Shown here: positions 58,043 to 64,000 of the stretch, piece by piece
Layout: each line of letters opens with the position of its first letter
Numbering within the stretch: the first letter of the stretch is position 1
Assembly: GCA_009995545.1 (NCBI GenBank)
Contig: JAACPI010000002.1
Coordinates: 78,316 to 142,315 of the forward strand
From: a bacterium
Lineage (GTDB): Bacteria; Patescibacteriota; WWE3; 2-01-FULL-39-13; JAACPI01
Reading direction: 5' to 3'
Length of the DNA: 64,000 nucleotides
Notes under the pieces: generated by a model
What the model saw: the letters and a program-made list of their open reading frames with translations, nothing else
What the model was told of the DNA's origin: nothing
The model's database searches: none
Made by a program: the position numbers and the translations under genes

Positions 58043-58789
58043 TTAGTCTAATTCTGCCAAAATTATGTACCGAAATTTCTTTGATCCTGGCGGGGTACAA
58101 GTCATGAGTGTTACAGTAGATTTGTTGTATAAAGAAGCGTAATATACACCGTAAGGATTTACCTCTGCGGGCAACATTTCTTTTTCTACCCTTACTGTAT
58201 AAGAATAATCAACGTCTTTATAAGTAATAATAATCTTATCACCCGGATCCAAGTCAGGAATTTTAGTAAATATTGTCTTATAATTAGTAGGATCATAAAA
58301 GATCGGCATAGAGGAATGGCCAAAAATAAAACTATTACCGACCTCTCCGGGTAAGGAAGTCCCCCGGTAATGTCCCAATGCCTCATCGGGCTTCATATTT
58401 TCTGACTCAGCATCAACTTGTGCTTTTTCTATGCCCAACTTAGGGATACTTAGGTAAAAATACTCGGGAACATCTGCCATATCTACACTCTGTATATCCC
58501 AAGAACTAGGGTTTAGCTCCTCGAAGTAAAAGTTATCGTTTATACCACTATAGACGTAACTTAAAACATTTCCTTGAAAGGGTTTAATAAACTTATTACC
58601 TTCCGGATCGTACGTATATGAAAGGACCGACGGGGCTAGAACTAAATAAGCAAAAACGAATAAACCACTAAACAAAAATATATTAGAAAGTGCGAGAAGC
58701 TTATTCGCCTTTTTATGCTTAAGATTCTTCGCATTAAGGGTTTCTTTTTTATATACTTTAATATGTTTGTTAAGGCAGTTCGAAATCAT
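58043..58789 (-). CDS. sortase
   Basis: LSIPKLGI, GHYRGTSLPGEVGNSFIFGHS, TLMTC...R catalytic triad. Confidence 0.93.
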   Translation of the reverse strand: MISNCLNKHIKVYKKETLNAKNLKHKKANKLLALSNIFLFSGLFVFAYLVLAPSVLSYTYDPEGNKFIKPFQGNVLSYVYSGINDNFYFEELNPSSWDIQSVDMADVPEYFYLSIPKLGIEKAQVDAESENMKPDEALGHYRGTSLPGEVGNSFIFGHSSMPIFYDPTNYKTIFTKIPDLDPGDKIIITYKDVDYSYTVRVEKEMLPAEVNPYGVYYASLYNKSTVTLMTCTPPGSKKFRYIILAELD

Positions 58790-58800
58790 AGGCAGGAAAA

Positions 58801-59472
58801 TTAATTCGCAAGGTAAGATAACAAAGAACTTAGAATCACTCGGGAGCTCCCCCCACTTTTAATTTTGTAATCAGCCTCACTTAATGCAAATATAACATTT
58901 TTTGTCTTACTAATCGAAGTTTTTTTAGCTAGAGAAGAAACTTTAGACTGAACGTAAGGATTTAATTTCTGAAAATCTGACGGGCTGTAGTAATATTTTA
59001 GTAAATTCTTAAGCATATAGAAGATCATAGTTATTACATAGTTTTCCTTTTGCTCGGCCAGATAAGGTTCTAATAAGGAAAGAGATTTTGCTAAATTCAT
59101 TTCAAAAATAGAGTCTACCAATTTGAATATGTTCTCATCTACAGAAATATTTTTAGCGATTGCGTTATCAAACTTTTTAACTTTGGCTTTTAAATCATTA
59201 GAATAGTCTACTAAAACTAAATGGTTAAAATCTTTCCCCAATGTAACCTTTAATAAAATTTCAAATTCGGAAAAATCCTTAATTTGGTTAACTTCTAGGT
59301 TGTATAAAATTTTTGGTTTGGAGGTATTTGAGTCAAAAAGACCTTTATTTTGAATCTTAAACAGTAGGGAGCTAGGGGTACAAATACAACCCTCATAACC
59401 GGAGTCTGTATAATTAATTTTTACATATTCATCTACAAGTTCTACGTTATCACCGTAAACAAGAGTTAGCAT
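58801..59472 (-). CDS. holA: DNA polymerase III delta subunit (short)
   Basis: LVYGD, NIFKLVDSI, LNPYVQSK, EADYKIKSG. Confidence 0.7.
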   Translation of the reverse strand: MLTLVYGDNVELVDEYVKINYTDSGYEGCICTPSSLLFKIQNKGLFDSNTSKPKILYNLEVNQIKDFSEFEILLKVTLGKDFNHLVLVDYSNDLKAKVKKFDNAIAKNISVDENIFKLVDSIFEMNLAKSLSLLEPYLAEQKENYVITMIFYMLKNLLKYYYSPSDFQKLNPYVQSKVSSLAKKTSISKTKNVIFALSEADYKIKSGGSSRVILSSLLSYLAN

Positions 59473-59477
59473 AGTTC

Positions 59478-60602
59478 TTAGGGGCTCTCAGATTCCAGGC
59501 TGTCAGCTGCCTTTGAGTACAAATATTCATTTACAAAATTAACTATAGAGGTGCTTTCTTTTGGCACTAAAACATATAAGCCTTGGTACAAGTCTGGGTC
59601 CCCCTGAACCAGTATGGAACCAGGGTTTTCAGATCCTCCAGCCTGTATAACTGCGGAACCTACGCTAAAATTCTTAGCATCCGGTAAATAGGGTATTGTA
59701 AGCATAAGTTCATTCACAGAAAAATCAGTTTCTACAGTTCTAGTCAAAGAAAGGTATAATTCCCTAATTTTTGAGGGATTGGATAAAACTCCCAAACTTA
59801 GGGCTTGGTTAATTATTCCTGAAATTATTAAGTGTTGTCTCTTTGCCCTAGCAAAGTCACTTCCTTGATTACTGTCCCCACTGTGTCTAGACCTAGCGTA
59901 TTTCAACGCCATTTCTCCAGACAGGTGAATTTTACCTTCTTCAAAATTTAACACTTCGAATCTGCACGGAAAGTCGCTATCAGTAACAGCTACGTCGTCA
60001 AGAGTAGCCTCATTATTCTCTTTTTTTAATTCCTCCAACCTAGATTCTTTGATCTTCTTGATATCGACTCCGCACTCCTCATTCTCCCAGCCAAATTTTG
60101 GATAAAAGTAGTCTGTAAAAGCTACAGGGTTTTCAACTTCTATGCCCCCTAAGGTGTCAACGAGACCTTCGAACGCAGTAAAGTCAACCTTGGCAGTATA
60201 ATGTATCTTTATCCCTAAAACACTCTCTAGTGTAGATTTAAGAGCTTCTAGCCCATTAACTGTCATAACCTCATTAATTTTGCTACCACGACCCTCAACA
60301 ACAACCCAAAGATCGCGAGGAATAGATATCAATTTGATATCCTTGGTTAAGGGATTTATGGAGGCAATTATCATAGTGTCAGTTAAAGTTCCTGTTTGAA
60401 TATACTTATCTTCCCTTTTATCTATACCAATTACTAAAACATTTGTACGGCCTTCAGAGCTTTTTAGTTCTTTTTTTGCACCAAAGTCGGATACGAACTC
60501 CGCAGAACCTCGAATTGAGGGGATTAAAGACATTACCCCAAACACTAAACCCACCAATATTAAAACACCCACTAAAAATATTTTCCAATTTTTTTTAAAC
60601 AT
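59478..60602 (-). CDS. LytR-CpsA-Psr (LCP) family protein
   Basis: NVLVIGID, TDTM, SIPRD, YARSRH, SDFARAKRQ. Confidence 0.93.
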   Translation of the reverse strand: MFKKNWKIFLVGVLILVGLVFGVMSLIPSIRGSAEFVSDFGAKKELKSSEGRTNVLVIGIDKREDKYIQTGTLTDTMIIASINPLTKDIKLISIPRDLWVVVEGRGSKINEVMTVNGLEALKSTLESVLGIKIHYTAKVDFTAFEGLVDTLGGIEVENPVAFTDYFYPKFGWENEECGVDIKKIKESRLEELKKENNEATLDDVAVTDSDFPCRFEVLNFEEGKIHLSGEMALKYARSRHSGDSNQGSDFARAKRQHLIISGIINQALSLGVLSNPSKIRELYLSLTRTVETDFSVNELMLTIPYLPDAKNFSVGSAVIQAGGSENPGSILVQGDPDLYQGLYVLVPKESTSIVNFVNEYLYSKAADSLESESP

Positions 60603-61258
60603 TATATAGAAGATTTAATTAACCTTATTAGATTCTCTACCTTAAGCGCATAACTAGAAACCAAAAAACCGGATAAAAATTTAGAATCCATTAAAGAATT
60701 AATATTATCTAGGGAAACACTACCCCCGTAGAGTAACTTTGGCTTGATCGTAAATTTTTTATAGAAATTTTCTATATCTGTAGAGGAGCTAGCTTCAGAT
60801 TTACCTATATGTGTGGGGTCCTCAAAAGCAATAAGAGTAGAATCTTTAACCGGAATACCCACCGACCGGGGATCGTAACCTTTTAAGCAGATTATGGGGT
60901 GTATTTTGTGCTCCGCTAGGTGAGATAACTTTTCCTTTAGCTCTGAACCTACTAAGATATCCTCGGGTATAGTTTCACTGTGGTTAACGATACAGTAGTC
61001 AACTATGCCCTCTAGATGTGAGGCAGAAACTCCCCCGGTATGACTACCTTCTTTGTAAGAAGATACGTCTTGGGCCCCGATAAAAACCCTTTCGTAACTA
61101 CCTAATTCATTTTTAAAGAGCATTAGATAGGGAAAAGGGGGACACAGTATTAAATCTATCCCCAGTCTCTGATTTTTAAGAAATTTGGAAAGTTCTGAGA
61201 CATAATGTCGATACTCCGCTATGTTTAGATTTTGTTTGAAATTTACAATTAGATACAT
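60602..61258 (-). CDS. tpiA: triosephosphate isomerase (divergent)
   Basis: NFK, GAQDVS, GSHTG, NHSE, AFED, YGGSV. Confidence 0.85.
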   Translation of the reverse strand: MYLIVNFKQNLNIAEYRHYVSELSKFLKNQRLGIDLILCPPFPYLMLFKNELGSYERVFIGAQDVSSYKEGSHTGGVSASHLEGIVDYCIVNHSETIPEDILVGSELKEKLSHLAEHKIHPIICLKGYDPRSVGIPVKDSTLIAFEDPTHIGKSEASSSTDIENFYKKFTIKPKLLYGGSVSLDNINSLMDSKFLSGFLVSSYALKVENLIRLIKSSI

Positions 61259-61259
61259 T

Positions 61260-62156
61260 TTATAATAATCCTGTTATTGAATTTTTAATTTTTAGTTCTT
61301 CGATTTTATTATACGTATTCTTTATCATCTCGCCAGACATATCTGAAAAGGATTCTAAAAAATCGTGGGTGTAGCCCAAGCCAAGAACAGAAAAACAGGA
61401 GAAAACAGTAGGTATATCTCTATAAATAGATTCTGCATAGACACAGGACAATAGGGATCTGGGAAGAAGAGGAGAATTACCACTCTCGGGAGAATGGGAT
61501 AGAGCACAGCCTACCGGACAGCCTAAACAGGAGGGGCTATTGGATTTCTTTACACCCAGCTCTTTTATTCTTGAATTTAGTAGTTGTACTACCTCCCAGT
61601 AAGCATCTCTATCAGGTATAGGTACCTCTCCCACAGCAGAAAAAGTTAGGCCCACAAGATTATTAGATATTTCTGTACGAGGAACCCCGTAACTAAAGTA
61701 CTCATCACTAATAATTGTTTTTTTAAACAACACGGAGGACCTACGTCCCGTAAGCCCGAATTCTCTGCTATTAAAAGAGTCCAACACATCTATAAAACTC
61801 ACACCCCGAGGAGTTATATCTAAATATAAAGGGACTAAAGACTCTCCGAATATTTCTATAGAAATTACGTTAGAAAAATTCATTAAAGAACCTAAAGATC
61901 CCCCACCGATATATTTGTTAACAGACATACCCATCGAAAAATGCATTATCAAAGATTTAGAAGTAAAGGGGAATAGACCGTTAAGCGGTCCGGTATTCAG
62001 GGACATATAATTTTGCATTTTGTAGGTACCAGTTAAATACTCATTTAGGAGGGCGTAAGCTAGGGGTTCCCCACCGATATACTGATCACTAACCCGGGAG
62101 GAAACTATTGAAAACTCCCTAGAGGTGAGGTCTATTTTTATTATCTTAGGATTCAT
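61260..62156 (-). CDS. truncated aldehyde:ferredoxin oxidoreductase-family protein
   Basis: IIKIDLT, YIGG, TGPLNG, GGSLG, IEIFGES..PLYL, CLGCPVGC. Confidence 0.7.
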   Translation of the reverse strand: MNPKIIKIDLTSREFSIVSSRVSDQYIGGEPLAYALLNEYLTGTYKMQNYMSLNTGPLNGLFPFTSKSLIMHFSMGMSVNKYIGGGSLGSLMNFSNVISIEIFGESLVPLYLDITPRGVSFIDVLDSFNSREFGLTGRRSSVLFKKTIISDEYFSYGVPRTEISNNLVGLTFSAVGEVPIPDRDAYWEVVQLLNSRIKELGVKKSNSPSCLGCPVGCALSHSPESGNSPLLPRSLLSCVYAESIYRDIPTVFSCFSVLGLGYTHDFLESFSDMSGEMIKNTYNKIEELKIKNSITGLL

Positions 62157-62391
62157 TAGTATCTACAATTTCTTCAAGATCAAAACACCCCCTAGGACAA
62201 GAGTTAACGACGACAGGATAGTCAGTCTTTGTTCCCTGATCAAGTAGTATTTTAAATTTTTTCCCATCTCGAACAATTTTAACGAACGAAGAATCTAGGT
62301 CTACTTTGTCACTCTTAGATAAGGAGGCATAAAGAGCGCATATCTTACAACCTATACAGCTATCCTCCTTTATTACCCTAAGTCTTTTCAT
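62146..62391 (-). CDS. 4Fe-4S ferredoxin-like protein
   Basis: CIGCKIC...CPRG. Confidence 0.75.
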   Translation of the reverse strand: MKRLRVIKEDSCIGCKICALYASLSKSDKVDLDSSFVKIVRDGKKFKILLDQGTKTDYPVVVNSCPRGCFDLEEIVDTNES

Positions 62392-62401
62392 AGTTTATTT
62401 A

Positions 62402-62677
62402 CTAAACCTGGGCAAAATGTCCTTTAACCCACTCTTCAAAACTTTCTTTAGGCATTGCCCCCATCTTACGATCTATCTCTTTACCTTCTTTATCTATCAC
62501 AACAAAAGTAGGTATGCTCATAACACCAAATTTCTGAGCCTGTGCGGGATCTTCATCAACGTTAACCTGTTTAAAGTTAATTTTGCTACCATGACTAGAT
62601 TTTAAAGATTCAAAAACTGGTTTCATAGCAATACAGGGACCACACCAATCAGCATAAAAGTCTATTAAAGTATTCAT
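62402..62677 (-). CDS. thioredoxin (likely start MNTLIDF at 62677)
   Basis: DFYADWCGPC, VMSIPT. Confidence 0.92.
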   Translation of the reverse strand: MNTLIDFYADWCGPCIAMKPVFESLKSSHGSKINFKQVNVDEDPAQAQKFGVMSIPTFVVIDKEGKEIDRKMGAMPKESFEEWVKGHFAQV

Positions 62678-62834
62678 AATAAATAAGGTAAATTTAAAAT
62701 AACTAAAACATGTAATATTATATAGCAATCTTAAGACAAAATACTTAGCTATCTGAGCCTAGTATTTTTCTAAAGCATCTAATACATTATACCAGGTAAA
62801 AATTATAATTTTATTTAACCAAAAAAATTGACCG

Positions 62835-63791
62835 ATGAAAAATAATAAAATCCTGTACTTCAGTCTTATAATTTTCTTGTTAACGAACTTTTTACCCTAT
62901 AAAAAGAGCTCTATTGTTGCTATTAAACCTTTAATAAGCTCAAAACAAGCACCAATTCAACCAAAAAATTCTAAATACTTAGAAGAAAATGCTGTTTCTT
63001 TTGAACCAGACAGCGGAATTAGTGAAGAATTAGAAATACAAGCAGAAGCGGCAATTGTTATAGATATGAACAGCAAAAAGGTACTTTATGAAAAAAGTGC
63101 AAACATTAAAAAACCCGTGGCAAGCCTTGTAAAGATGATGACAGCAATAGTGACCAGTGAGTATTTAAATTTGAACGATACAGTAACTGTTTCTAAAAAA
63201 GCTTCAGAAGTAGGAGAAAATTCCCTGGAATTGAATGAAGGAGAGGAGTTTACTGTAGAGGATTTACTTTACGGACTAATACTAAATTCAGCCAATGACG
63301 CGGCAGTCGCTTTGGCTGAAAAAACTGCAGGAAATGAGGAGAATTTCGTTACAATCATGAATCATAAGGCGAAACTAATAGGGGCCGAAGACACACTCTT
63401 TTCAGATAGCTCAGGATTAAATGAAAAGAGAGCAAATTACTTTTCCACAGCCGAAGATTTAGCAAAAATTGCCTATTACTCGCAAATTAATCACGAAGAA
63501 TTAAAAGAAATTTATAAAACAGTAAATTGGGAAATACCTAGTAATGAGAAACACGGATACAGGTTCTTAGAAAATCAAACTAATCTACTTACGACTTACC
63601 CTGGTGTTCAGGGTATGAAGACAGGATATACCGAGGATTCGGGACTATGCCTAGTTAGTTACGCTAACAATCAAGGCAAAGAAGTAATCACAGTAGTTCT
63701 AAATAGCCCAGATAGAAAAGGAGATGCTATACTTCTTCTGGACTTTGCCTACAAAAAATTAGGAATAGAGATAAATCACCCCTTACTTTAG
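62835..63791 (+). CDS. D-alanyl-D-alanine carboxypeptidase (peptidase S11)
   Basis: ASLVK, SAN, KTGYT. Confidence 0.92.
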   Translation: MKNNKILYFSLIIFLLTNFLPYKKSSIVAIKPLISSKQAPIQPKNSKYLEENAVSFEPDSGISEELEIQAEAAIVIDMNSKKVLYEKSANIKKPVASLVKMMTAIVTSEYLNLNDTVTVSKKASEVGENSLELNEGEEFTVEDLLYGLILNSANDAAVALAEKTAGNEENFVTIMNHKAKLIGAEDTLFSDSSGLNEKRANYFSTAEDLAKIAYYSQINHEELKEIYKTVNWEIPSNEKHGYRFLENQTNLLTTYPGVQGMKTGYTEDSGLCLVSYANNQGKEVITVVLNSPDRKGDAILLLDFAYKKLGIEINHPLL

Positions 63792-63800
63792 ATAATAACA

Positions 63801-64000
63801 ATGAACGAAATATTAAATACACTAAATCCTGAACAGCTCGCCGCTGCAAAACATATGGAGGGGGCAGCACTAGTACTTGCGGGTCCCGGTAGCGGAAAGA
63901 CCCGAGTCTTGACTCACCGAATAGCAAATTTAATAGACTCAGGAGTTAGTCCAGACCAGATAATTGCTATTACCTTTACAAACAAAGCAGCCTCGGAGAT
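63801..64000 (+). CDS. UvrD/PcrA helicase (partial, runs off window end)
   Basis: [32 protein letters not shown] read directly from sequence. Confidence 0.93.
   Translation, partial: MNEILNTLNPEQLAAAKHMEGAALVLAGPGSGKTRVLTHRIANLIDSGVSPDQIIAITFTNKAASE

Noticed and set aside
742-63927. Many short antisense or nested ORFs in the track (e.g. 742-984, 1570-1857, 14756-15106, 26065-26421, 32240-32542, 32946-33308, 55069-55323, 63727-63927)
   Set aside because: Shadow frames of well-supported genes, with no motifs of their own
1-64000. Alternative genetic code (TGA=Gly) as in Gracilibacteria/Absconditabacteria
   Set aside because: Long conserved genes are intact in code 11 and TGA ends genes such as ftsK

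Overview
AT-rich bacterial chromosomal segment read in standard code 11 (TGA is used as stop). Gene content and style (compact AlaRS and AspRS, Elp3, FtsA-like plus baseplate-J-like pair, Gmad2 and PsbP-like surface proteins, cohesin/dockerin/sortase) point to a Patescibacteria (CPR) genome, probably Microgenomates/WWE3-like; this taxonomy is inferred. Housekeeping genes (alaS, ruvX, aspS, recJ, pyk, rpoBC-rpsLG, mltG, secDF, ftsK, lepA, murJ, rpsT, holA, tpiA, partial pcrA/uvrD) flank an accessory stretch of singletons and orphans at about 9-24 kb. No rRNA, tRNA, CRISPR array or transposase was recognised. Top leads: (1) a sortase cassette between holA and rpsT with two VPxTG-anchored substrates (one a cohesin protein) and a dockerin protein; (2) an Erm-type methylase under a near-leaderless uORF (MITVIRNK..., +X+ motif at codons 6-8) that overlaps its start, next to RpoB and S12 carrying resistance-type substitutions; (3) a half-size AOR-family protein plus ferredoxin coupled to tpiA; (4) a free-standing degenerate LAGLIDADG-like gene; (5) pervasive leaderless promoters. 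All calls come from motif recognition by eye, with no database searches.
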